From NCBI GenBank assembly GCA_043228905.1, contig JBHGNT010000009.1:18600001-18664000 (forward strand): a stretch of 64,000 nucleotides of DNA, in the 5' to 3' direction. Both the position numbers and the translations under genes were made by a program. The notes under the pieces were generated by a model that did no database searches, was not told the DNA's origin, and saw only the letters and a list, made by a program, of their open reading frames with translations. Positions within the stretch are counted from its first letter, which is position 1; every line of letters begins with the position of its first letter. Source of the stretch: Azolla caroliniana (taxonomy: Eukaryota; Plantae; Polypodiophyta). Of this stretch, positions 44,516 to 56,346 are shown in pieces.

Positions 44516-47500
44516 ATGGGGGTTCCTAACGAGAGTGAGTTGTCAAGTAACTCATGCATATCTGAAAGGACTAAGAGACGAGTGGTTCTTTACATAGTCC
44601 GTTATTTGGTAGAAATAACGAAGAGATTTAGTGAAGAGGATCGTAGGGATATTATCTGTAGAGTGTTACACCATCAAAGTTTGAATGAAGACATGCAGAG
44701 AATAAAATTTAGGGACCAATGTGTTTCAGAAGAGATTGTGGAGTCTATGAAGTCATCCCTAGACTTAGTGAAAGGTGTAGAGAGCTTAGACAAACTTGTT
44801 GCAAAGAGGGCAGCCCTACACATGGTTGTGAACGGTGCGAGAGAAAAAAAAATAGTGATACTAAAGTTGCCTTAGCCCTGGGTATTCAAAGAAGGAACTT
44901 GAGGAAACATCGCCGAAATATACACTCAAGCAAATTCAAGTGGCTGGGGTCGGGACGTAGACGACGATGTGATGCCTTATCTCAAGAGATTATTGAGAAA
45001 GTGGATTCATTTTGGGCCAAAAATACGCGTGTCTCACCAAATAAGAAGGACGTGTGTAGACAATGAATAAGTCAGGGTAAGTACCAGATTCACCCTAGAC
45101 ACTTCTTGGAGATGACAGAGGTATTCCATTTTTTATATCAATTCACATTCCATAACTTTGTGTTTTGACCAAGTGTATATTAATGTTTGCTATATATATT
45201 GGTTGATGTAGGCTGAATTGTACATGAACTTTAAAGACCAACATCCAAGCTTGACTGTCGGATTCCGCAAGTTCCAAGGTTTGAAACCATTTTATGTTAG
45301 AAAATTAAATGAGAGGAATACATGTTGTTGTGTGTACCATGTGAAGATGGACATGTTAAGGCTAGCAGTGAATGCAATGCGTACTGATTCTAAGGGTATA
45401 CATGGGGAATTATGTGTCTGCACTTGTGAGATTTGTAGACCAAATGGGGAGGATAATAGGTGTAATGCACGAAACATGACTTATGCATCCGTTTTTGAGC
45501 TATGGAGGTCTTGTGTTTGTGAAAAAGAACCATCATGTGAGTGGCATCGTCGTACATGTCTATTAAGAACATGTAAGGTTTGTCCGCTACCATTATTTTG
45601 TAGGCAGGAGCTTGATATGGGAAATAGTCATATCGTGAAATGGAAATATTTGGAGTATGTGACTGAAAATATTGGCAAGGGAGTTATAACTAAGCGTATC
45701 AAGGAAGTATATAAGGAGACATGTGCTGCTACCCTTGTCTCAGAATTTAAGAAACAACTTGGGGAGTTTATTCCACATAACTTCCGGAGTTATTGGCAAA
45801 ATTCACAGTTCAAGGAATGTATTAATAACTTACCAACGGGTGTCATTGTATCCGTTATTGATTTTGTAGAAAACTATACATTTAAAGTTCAAAATGAGGT
45901 TCAATCAATGCATTGGTACAATGATCAATGTACAATACTTGTACATATTTGCTATTGGAGGCAAGACGGTGAGTTACATAAGAAATCAATATTTTACGTT
46001 TGATAAAAAGCATGATACACTATTTGTTCAACATTGTTTTAAGCTTCACCATGCAGATTTATTTTCTCTAGGGTTAACCTTTAACCGTCATTGGGTTTGG
46101 TCTGATGGTGCTGCCTCGCAGTTTAAGGTGGCACGATCGTTCTACTTTATCGCCAGGTAATTTTTAATCCATATGTTTAGTACTTATCATGCAATGTGTA
46201 AGGAAGTAATTCTTGTGTTAGTGGATGCATACTAATTATGTTTGTAACTATTAACAAACAGTACTAGTCACATGGATGCATACTAATTATGCTTGTAACT
46301 ATTCGAATCTTGCACTTGTGAATGGATGCATGCATACTAATTTTGTTTGTATTATGTTGTACTAAGTAACTTTTAATCCATGTGAAGTGTTCTCCATAGA
46401 CACATTGTACTATGTTGTGTTTACAGAAGGATGTAAAGTACTCATCTTGTACTCATAGTATTGTTCGTCCTTAAGAGAATTGTACTAATGATCTTTTTAT
46501 CCATGTGAAGTGTTCTCCATAGACACATTGTACTATGTTGTGTGTTGTATCTGTACTATGTTGTGTGTATAGAAGGATGTAAAGTACTCATCTTGTACTT
46601 AGAGTATTGTCCGACCTTAAGAGAATTGTACTAATTATGTTTTAATCCATGTGAAGGGTTCTCCATATACACATTGTACTATGTTGTGTGTTGGTTCTGT
46701 ACTATGTTGTGTTTACAAAAGGATGTAAAGTACTCATCTTGTACTCATAGTATTGTCCATCCTTAAGAGAATTGTACTAAGTATCGATTAATCCATGTGA
46801 AGGGTTCTCCATAGACACATTGTACTATGTTGTGTGTTGTATCTGTACTATGTTGTGTTTACAGGAGGATGTAAAGTACTCATCTTGTACTCATAGTATT
46901 GTCCGTCCTTATGAGAATTGTACTAAGTATCGATTAATCCATGTGAAGGGTTCTCCATAGACACATTGTACTATGTTGTGTGTTGGTTTTGTACTATGTT
47001 GTGTTTACAAAAGGATGTAAAGTACTCATCTTGTACTTATAGTATTGTCCGTCCTTAAGAGAATTGTACTAATTATGTTTTAATCCATGTGAAGGGTTCT
47101 CCATAGACACATTGTACTATGTTGTGTGTTGTATATGTACTATGTTGTGTTTACAGGAGGATGTAAAGTACTCATCTTGTACTCATAGTATTGTTCGTCC
47201 TTATGAGAATTGTACTAAGTATCGATTAATCCATGTGAAGGGTTCTCCATAGACACATTGTACTATGTTGTGTGTTGTATCTGTACTATGTTGTGTTTAC
47301 AGGAGGATGTAAAGTACTCATCTTGTACTCATAGTATTGTCCGTCCTTAAGAGAATTGTACTAAATCAGTATTTACTCATGTTGTACTCATAGTATTGTA
47401 CTCATCTTGTACTCATCTTTTAAACACACTGTGTGGTACTGATTATCTATTAATCAATGTTCAGCGTTCTCCATGAACACACTGTATTGTACTATGTGTT

Positions 47501-48791
47501 GTATCTATACTAAATCAGTGTTTATTGGGGGATGTAAAGTACATGTCTTGTAGTACTAATGATCTTCTAAGGAGGGTTGTGTTCTCTGTGGACACATTGT
47601 ATTGTACTATCCGATATTGAACATTTTGTACTATTTATCTGTTAATACATGTAGAGTGCTTTCCATGAACTCATTGTACTATACTTTGTGCTATATCCAT
47701 ACTAAGTTAGTATTAAATGGATGCCAGGTACTGTTGGTCGACAACATAGTACTATTTATCTTTTAATAAGTGTAGAGTGTTCTCAATGGATACGTTGTGC
47801 TATGCTTTGTTTTGTATTTGTACTAAATCAGTATTAATGGAAGTGTAGTACTCTCAATTGACAACATAGTACTAATTTTGTTGGAAACCTGAGATACCAA
47901 AGCAGGTATTTCTCCTTATTCAATATTCGTATGCAATGGAATTACTTCGGGTCTGGACATGGAAAAGGAGAGCATGATGGCGCAAGGGCTGTGATCAAAC
48001 GTGCCCTTACAAGTGAGCAGTTGGATAATAATGGCGCTAAGTTACAAAATGCACATGATGTTGTGCAGTGGCTAACATGGAAGATGTCAAATGATGGTAA
48101 GAACAGATTGTTTGTTGAAGTTCACGCTAATGAGGTTGATAGAACTAAATCATATGGTTGTAAAACCATGAAAGGCACACGCAGCTCCCATTGTGTGTTA
48201 GGGTTTAGCCGCAAGGACACAACCCAATTGTTACTCCGTAGTTTATCATGCTTTTGTTCCATGTGTCTAGATGAAGCTTGGGATAAATGCATCAACCTAT
48301 CAATCGTGGAGCCCTGGAAGTTGCAGAAGCTTGAGCCTGAACGACAAGATGATATTGAAGAGGATGTGCATTCAAACGATATTGTATACTACAACCAAAA
48401 TCAAGACTTGGCAGTTTTATTGGAAGTTGGAGATCATTTTGCAGTGCTCAAATATTCTCAGAATGAAGATTTAGAAGACTACTACATTGTGGTGTGCAAG
48501 CAAGGAAAGACATTATTGAAAGAAGTGGTGAGGGATGGTTGGGGCAACAATTTCAACGTTGGTGAGTCTGTCGTGTATGGAAACTATTATGCAAAGTTGC
48601 CGCAGTGCAAGAACACATATGCATTACTAAAAGAAGCACCCATCGCAATAATCTACGTTGATGCCATTCTTGCGATCAAATTCAATATGACTCAAGCAAA
48701 GCACAAGGTTAAGGGATACAACACTATCTACAAGGTCCCCCAAGAGGTTCATGAGCACATATTAGGGGAGGTCTCTCTATTTAATGCTTGA
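44516..48791 (+). pseudogene. Sola2-like DDD transposase with two introns
   Basis: Introns 45121-45211 and 46157-47905. Motifs TCCCVYH, DFVENY..QNEVQSMHW, KHD, WSDGAASQFK, WNYFGSGHGKGEHDG..VIKR. Frameshifts near 44860 and 46000; TGA at 45064. Confidence 0.8.
46370..47365. repeat. 146-bp tandem satellite (~7 units), GTAC-rich
   Basis: ATCCATGTGAAG at 46376, 46499, 46645, 46791, 46937, 47083, 47229; degenerate units continue to ~47880. Confidence 0.95.
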
Positions 48792-49334
48792 AAGTCACCC
48801 TATCAATACATTGTACCAGAAAACTGAAAAACATCCACTTGGAGTTCACTATTAATTTTGATGATTGACAAATGAATTGATATATTTCTTCTTTCTTCCA
48901 AAGGGTTTATGCCTCTCAACCACTTGTACTTATCTTTCATAATATATTAGCTGTTGTCAACAGGACTTGGATTTCTTCATTGCCGATATTGTTCATGTTT
49001 CCTGATGTTATTTGAGCATAGGAGTTTTGCAGAGCCATGTTAAAATGAGTCAAAATATTGTATAAGAGTTGGTGTGTCCTCTGTTGGCACATAAATCTGC
49101 TCTTCTTTTGCTACCAAGAGAAGATTGTTAGTTGAATTCATTAAAGACTTTAATATTGTAAGATTTTCTACTATAAGTTCATTCTTCAAAGGGGGCGATG
49201 AATTCTGTGAAGACAACAATGAAAATTATTCTCTCAGAATCCTTCCTCAAAACATGAAGAGAGGAAAAAAGCTTCTCTTCAACGAGGAGACAAAATCTCA
49301 ACCATCTGATGATGTCAGCCAAAAGAAAATGTTT

Positions 49335-50200
49335 GTGTTACCTGTAAGAATATACAGGGAAGCATAAGGGTATGTGTAATGATGTGGTTGATGTGTATGT
49401 GTAAAGTAAATGAGTGTGTGAGGATGAGTATGTGTATGGACACATGCACAATTATGTGCATGTGTACAAGAATGTGTAACGGTCTTATTTATAACGGTCA
49501 TGTAACCGTTACATTGGATGTATTATATAAACCACCTATGGGGTATGTAATGAATAACTTTTTCCCTCTTATTTTGGTGTCATTCTTATTTTCACTCTCT
49601 CCTCTCTCTTTATCGTAACCCCCTTGGGAGGGGGTGAAGCCAATCTAGGCTTCACCCCCCACCCCAACAACAGTTAGCAGCTACTGGTGGTGAGGACCTT
49701 CCTGACTGTGATCTAACAAACAAGGAATGGTGTATGCAATATGTCGACTCCAAGAAAAAAGTCGTGTTGTATACATCAAAGAAGAAGGGTGACGGTTAGC
49801 TTGAAAATGAAACCTCATTTATGTATGGCCATATTCTAAGATTTGACTACGAAGATTCATATTCAACCAACATTTTTGTAATGATAGAGTGCTCTAAGGG
49901 GGTACGTAAAGTGTACCTTTCTGAAGATCTACTAGTAAGGGAATCTTGTGGGCCAGAATCTTTTAAAGATCTAGAAAGCTCACAAAACCTTATTGTCACC
50001 TTGAGGCCTTATATACAAGGCCATGTAACTCTAAGGGAGCCCTTGCCCTCCCCAGTGAAGGCCCCGAAAAGGGCATCTAAAGTGCAATCAAGACCACCAA
50101 AAAAGAAGACCACTAAAATGTCAGACTCCAACTCACCAAGCTCAAACGGAGATGAGGACACTAGGGGGACGCCAGGAGCTGAGTTGGCATTGGGTGTGTT
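49335..50200 (+). mobile_element. Unclassified repeat module: GT-rich tract, TATA, 12-bp GC hairpin, unknown ORF
   Basis: 49335-49665 is homologous to 62320-62665; ORF ~49740-50234 is homologous to 63626-64000(-). Confidence 0.6.
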
Positions 50201-50993
50201 GTTTATTTCATTATTTGTGCATATAACTACATGATTAATCTTGTTTTGGAGGATCTAAATTGGTTTTGACCTTTCTCATGACATTTTTTGTTCTCATGGC
50301 GGTCTTCAGAGGACCTAGCAATGCATTTGTGAGGACATGGATGATCATCCTAGCGACATATGTTGTGATTTTGAGTTGTTAGGAGCTATACCTCATTTAA
50401 TTTCCAATAAGATTTTTTTCTAAACATTTTTGGGACACTTGAATACGTGACATGTGATTTATTTTTCTAAACATCTTTAGATAGGAAGTTAGTGACTTCT
50501 ATTCAACTTAGAATTCGTCTATTGCAACCCTGAAATGTCAATATCAACATATCTAAAGAGAAGGAAATTTGTTAAATTGTTTAAGTGAAAGCAAAATATT
50601 GTGTTGATGTTTTCCCCCCCTCGTCTGTAATTGTAGGATTAAATCAACCAAGGTGTTTAGAATCTGTACAATTCAAGCTACATAGACTTTGTGAGCTTCG
50701 ATACTAATTTGTATATCCACATTTTTACTCATTTCTACTCAATCCTATATTCATATTTGTACATTAATGAATGATAACTTGTTTGGTCCCTTTTGTAGGG
50801 TCCATGGACATGAGAAGAGGCTGCATCTAGCATGGTCCGGACTTTTCTCGTGTTGAGAATCAAACCCAACTTCCCCAATGCAATGTCTTTCGCACTAGCA
50901 ACAAACACTCTAGGTTCATACTAGTTTTATAAATAGTAGAAGGGGCAGTTGCCTAAGTTAGTTGGTATTTAAACCAACCCTTTTGTAACTAAG

Positions 50994-52321
50994 TGTGGAT
51001 GTGTTTTACATATTTCTTGTTGACAAGCAAGCTCAACATGGGCCGGATTGGCTGAACAAGCAGAGCCGATCGGATGAAGGCTGATCGGCTAGGCCTAGAT
51101 CCACGGGGAGCTGGTAGGCCGTTAGAGGCCTATGCTCCTAGCTTAGTAGGTAGTTATATTTCTAGGAGTTAGTATTAGTAGCTCAGTTATGAGCATTGAA
51201 GTACTTGTCAGTACTTCTGACCGTCCTTTATGGACTTGTATAAAAGTGCCGACTAAGCACATTTGTATCTATAGAGTGTTATTATTTGAATTGAGTTTTT
51301 TGAGTCTTCTTCTCTCTCTGTCTCTCCCGCGTACTATTCATCTCCATTGTTTTCTCTGTGTTTCTCTCTGTTGATGTCTAGCTAAGCCAGTTCTATTCGG
51401 TTTAGCTTCTGCACTTGAATCTTTACATGGTATCAGAGCACGAGGGTTGAGAATCCTCTCCTGCCAACAAGTGTTCAAGACAGACAAACCCTAATCTCTG
51501 GAAAAGAACAAACAAGAAATGGATAGAGGAATGGGTGGTGCTCTTCCCATTGAGAAGTTGGATAGAAACAACAATGCATCTTGGGAGTACAAGATGCACT
51601 AGTACTTGCTCGGGCATGGCAACTGGAGTTACATCTTGAAGGAGAAAATGTAGTGCCAAAATTGGCACCCAAGGATTTTCCGGTTTGGGAACAAGGAGCA
51701 AGCAGAGTCTTGTATTGCCTTGCGTCGTGCGTGCACCAGCAAATGTTGGGCTACATTCGGGATACAAAGAAGCCAAAGGATCCCTAGGAAAATCTAAAAA
51801 AGATTTTCGCCTCAAGTACCATGGCCCAGAAGTTGCAGCTCCGTCAAGAGCTCAACAATATCCAACAGAGGGATATGACGATGACTGGCTACATCACAAA
51901 AATCAAGGAAGTCTACAACGGATGGTGGACAAGGACGAAATGGTACAGATTTGCCTCAGTGGTCTAGCTCAGAGGTACGGACTGATCCGGACGGCTATTT
52001 GCACAAGGGAAAAGCCACCGTCATTTTTTGACCTACAATTGATGCTTATGGTCGAAGAGAACCACGCGGTGTGTCAAGGAGCACACAATCAGATAGCCGG
52101 ATGTTGTACATCGAGGCGAATTGGCCCCGTGGTCGTGGAGGACGAGGTGGATCAACATGCAATGATAGCGGCTGACAAGAGCAGAATCTAAGGCATAAAT
52201 GACATGCCGACAGCAGTTCCAGACCCTCCACAAGCAGAGGGAGTCATCGCAGCACTGGGAATCGACAAGGGAAGGTTGAAACGGAATGTTGGTATTGTGG
52301 CCGGAAAGGCTACAAAGAAAG
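50994..52321 (+). mobile_element. 5' part of a degraded Copia: LTR, PBS, gag
   Basis: TG(50994?)..TTTACA(51427), PBS TGGTATCAGAGC 51428-51439, gag IEKLDRNN.ASWEYKM, CWYCG. Confidence 0.85.
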
Positions 52322-55030
52322 AAGGTAAGTTGAGCGCCCTCAAGCCTGTACAGTATCTTCTCACAGTCGGAGATGTGGTCTGCAACAAACTTCCGGCATT
52401 CGCCCGCTCCGATCGACCCATACTTTGTGTCCTCTGGACTTCCCTTGATCAAGATGTCGTCTAAAAATGGCATGGTGATGTCCGAGATGCAGTCCCTCAA
52501 CACTTTGTTCATTGCATTCCCCATGTGTGCCACCGAATTGGTCCATCCTTGCGGTAGGGTACACATCCAAATTAGGCCGAGAGGGGTTCACATCATCGTG
52601 ATGTCCCTACTCTCCACGGCTAGCTGGAACTAGTCATACCCGGAGTATAGATTCCTGACCAAGTAGATCAACCTTCCGGTGAAGGTCTCCGCAAACTAAT
52701 CAATGGTCGGTCTGACTCTTGCATTCCAGATTGTCACCTTGTTGACGGGTTGTAGGTCCTGTATAAAGCGCGGCGTGTCGTTCTTCTTCGGCACCGTAAA
52801 CCACTGATTCGAATAAGGAAACTCAACGGCTCGAGTATCCCCATCTCCACCTTCTACTTGAGCAGCCCCATCAACTTCGGGATGTGAGCCCTTGGTACCG
52901 GAATCGGTTTGAGGCTCCACGGCACATGCGGTACCGTGAAGATCACCATTGGTTCTACGATTGTCGGATCGACGCACCCGATCTCCCCCGGCGAGAATGC
53001 AAAGGATTTACCGTACCTCCCAAGCATCCTCCTAAACCGGTCCTCCTCTATTGGCAGTAGGAATCCAACCTCACTTATCTTCAGCTCCTGTAGCGTCTCG
53101 TCGGTAAACCGGAGTCCTCTGTCGGCCGGATCTCGCAGGCTTGGATCGGTCGCGACCCCTTTCATCCGCTCCCAACTATCCTCTTACAAGGGCGTCGCGA
53201 CTGGCCTCACCTTCCGGTCCAAATTCATGTACTTCGTGCTCATTCGGGCCGTTCGATCTAAACTGACCTTCCTCCCGAAGTCCACGATGACTTTGTACAT
53301 ATCGACTAAACCGACCGGAATAATCCGGTCTTCGTGTAGATCCTCCTCGACTACGCTCTCGATCTCCCTGAGGGTTTCGTCAAATGACACTGCCTCCACG
53401 GCACCACCGATCTCTTCGTTTGGGCCTAAGGCTCCGCATGCCTTCAAGCGCCCTTCAACCTGCGTCCTTTCCCGGCCACCGACGTCGGCTATGGTACAAC
53501 CTCCGTTAACAGAGGGCCAAAATGTCCTACCTACAGTATAGGTGTGGGGTTTCTTCCGCATGTTCGAACTATCGCGGCCCCACGTCTTGATAGCCCTCTT
53601 CAATAATCCTCTCGGTCTTCGTTCGCGAGAGTATTATGATTCCCCTCGTGGTTGGACTTTCAAATATTGGACTGAATGTTGTCTGCCCTGGCTCTTCACC
53701 CGCTCGTACGCCGAACCACTGTCCAACACTTTAGTGTCACTGGGAGCCGCCGTAATGTAAGGTTCGTCGAGAATCACCAGGTGGGAAGATGTCTCCTGCA
53801 CGAACAAGTGTTGGTCGATCTCGACATCCCTGACCTTCACTCGGAATCTGGGCATGCTCTGTGCAACTCCTCCGTTGCACGGGTCGCCGCGCATATCTTC
53901 CACCTGTACTCGTGCTTCGTGTTGATTGGCCACTTCCCCTTTCTATAGAAGTCCATCGACATTAAGTTGATCTCCGATCCATGGTCGATCAATGCTATCA
54001 CCGAATCCTTCACATCGATGCACTCTCTCCGGATGTGACGGACGGCATCGCACCAGATGCATCGTTGCTCAACCGAAGGCCTCTGGTCATGCGACTATCC
54101 CCCGCCATCTCTCCGAGCTTGGCGATCTAGAGATCGCGCACCATCTTCGTCAGCTCGTCCAGAGTTGCGGCCCTGGATAGGCCCTTGACCACGTCGGTCG
54201 GAACCGCACCAAACTTGAGCCACCTTCATGTTTCTTTCGACCATCTCGGAATCAATTCCTCCTGTTGCCAACGGCCCCACGTCATTCCATTCACGTCGTT
54301 TGTCGAAATGGCTACAAACCCTTTTTACCACGGCCCAATCAATCGTGAGCCCATCATCTATCTCCAAAAAGAGACCTACCTTTTCTCGATAAAGTGGATC
54401 AACTGAGTTGATAAATAATAGGGCCTTGCTCGTGTCAAGCACGGTTTGATCTAGCGCCGAGAGTCGCGTGAATCGTCTTTCAAACTCTTGGAGGAGCATC
54501 GATGTGTTCCTCCCCTCCCCAACACTCACAACCCACTCCATCAGCTCCCTCTTTGATAACCGGAACGAGTCAACAAAACCGTATCTTTCGAGAAGCTGCT
54601 CCTCGAACTCCATCCAACTTTGGCAGTAGGTGTGACTACCTAGGGAAATGCGGACAACTGCCTATCGTCAGGAACATCTCTCATTAGCATCTCGGCCTTG
54701 AAGGCCTCCAGGTAGTTCGTGACGTCCTTCCCGTTGAATCGGCCTATCATGCCAACTACTGTTTCCACAGCCTTATCAAGGCCACTAATGCTCTCACAAG
54801 CATTAACCAGGCAGTCGACATCCACCGCCATTGCTTCAGTGAATTCACTTCCCCTCATTTCCGAACTCCTTTGTCGTCCCTTTTCACTTCGAGTTCACCA
54901 AATATGTCGTGGTTTTCCGTGGGTATGTGTTGAAACGAGGCGGGACCACCGGGATCTCGGACCAAACAGCCGGTGATAAAGGGAATGTTGTCTGGATCGG
55001 TCCCCAAACATGCCGTGACGCATGAGAACA
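52322..55030 (-). mobile_element. Second, more degraded copy of the Ylt1-like Gypsy (gag-PR-RT)
   Basis: gag GRFNGKDVTNYLEAF, protease LIDHGS, RT PQGWTNSVAHM..FLDD; colinear with 40.8-42.5 kb. Confidence 0.88.
53542..53609 (-). promoter_or_regulatory. Homologous frameshift/pseudoknot site in second Gypsy copy
   Basis: G GAU UAU UGA, then GGGCUAUC/GAUAGUUC and GUGGGG/CCCCAC. Confidence 0.6.
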
Positions 55031-55032
55031 AG

Positions 55033-55536
55033 GGTCTTGGTGCAAGGAGGAAGATCAGACGGATTGACGTGTGAACGAGGGGTGTGCAAGTAGGCACAAA
55101 ACACAAGGACCAAAGTAAAGAAATGTAAATATGGACATGACTATTTTCAAACTCGTAACCTACTGTATTATAATCAATCGATATGTTTTAACCAACACAT
55201 CCAATACATGGTCATGTTACCTTCGTAGATTATTGTAGATTATCTATTCTACATGTAGGAGCTTTTAGAAGCTTCCGGAAGCTTGGTCTTGGTGCAAGGA
55301 GGAAGATCAGACGGATTGACGTGTGAACGAGGGGTGTGCAAGTAGGCACAAAACACAAGGACCAAAGTAAAGAAATGTAAATATGGACATGACTATTTTC
55401 AAACTCGTAACCTACTGTATTATAATCAATCGATATGTTTTAACCAACACATCCAATACATGGTCATGTTACCTTCGTAGATTATTGTAGATTATCTATT
55501 CTACATGTAGGAGCTTTTAGAAGCTTCCGGAAGCTT
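55033..55536. repeat. 252-bp near-exact tandem duplication
   Basis: Units start at 55033 and 55285; each ends in the palindrome AAGCTTCCGGAAGCTT. Confidence 0.95.
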
Positions 55537-55811
55537 GGGCATGAGAATGAGTCTTTGCATGGAACTCCATTTAGAGCCTACAAACATGTATAAATACAAG
55601 GGTTCACCTTGGCCTTAGTCAAGGTGAACAACACCAATTACGGAAGCATAATTCAGTTCTTGTTCTCTTGTCTATTCCTCTCTCTCTTTCTTGTTCTCTT
55701 GTCTATGCTCTCTCTCTCTCTCTCTCTCTCTCTCTTAGTATTGAGCCTCGCCTACTCGTCCGTGATAGTCGCCAGAACCAAGAAGTTCTTTTAGACGACT
55801 TGTACATGAAA

Positions 55812-56056
55812 AACTGGATGGATTTCAACGCACTTCGAAGAAGGACCATAACAAACCCGAAGCGTCCGGGACTAAGCAGTCACAATTCGCTAGGAAACGC
55901 AAGACACCCAACGAATTCATGGATCACGATTGTAAAACTGGATGGATTTCAACGCACTTCAAAGGACCATAACAAACCCGAAGCATCTGGGACTATGTAG
56001 TCACAATTCGCTGGGCAACGCAAGACACCCAACGAATTCATGGATCACGATTGTAA
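55812..56056. repeat. ~122-bp tandem duplication after an LTR-like end (GTCCGTGATA ~55767)
   Basis: AAACTGGATGGATTTCAACGCACTTC occurs twice. Confidence 0.85.
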
Positions 56057-56169
56057 GCGACAAAATCATTTTTGCATGTTCTACAAAAAGAAGAGTAAGA
56101 CGAAAGAGTAATGTCAGAAGCTCCAACGAAAAGAGCACAACAATAAAACCAAAGTAGCAGACTATAAAG

Positions 56170-56346
56170 GTCAATGGAATTGATCCATTACGGCCGCCTC
56201 ATCCCAAGGGATATCGCATGCCAAGAGACGGAAATCAGTTGCGTAAGCCCATGCAAGACGATCTCCTTGTCGGAGCCTTTGAATCTTGTTTATCGACGTC
56301 CTAGTGTTGTCAGTGTCTCCGAAACTAGCTTGAAACTCCTTAACAA
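56170..56346 (-). mobile_element. Tcn1-like gag continuation fragment
   Basis: VKEFQASFGDTDN..WDEAAVMDQF matches 32640-32810. Confidence 0.85.

Larger units (their letters stand above)
43417..48830 (+). mobile_element. Sola2-like DNA transposon (right terminus not found)
   Basis: Starts GGG where the LTR fragment breaks off; carries the spliced transposase listed below. Confidence 0.65.
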
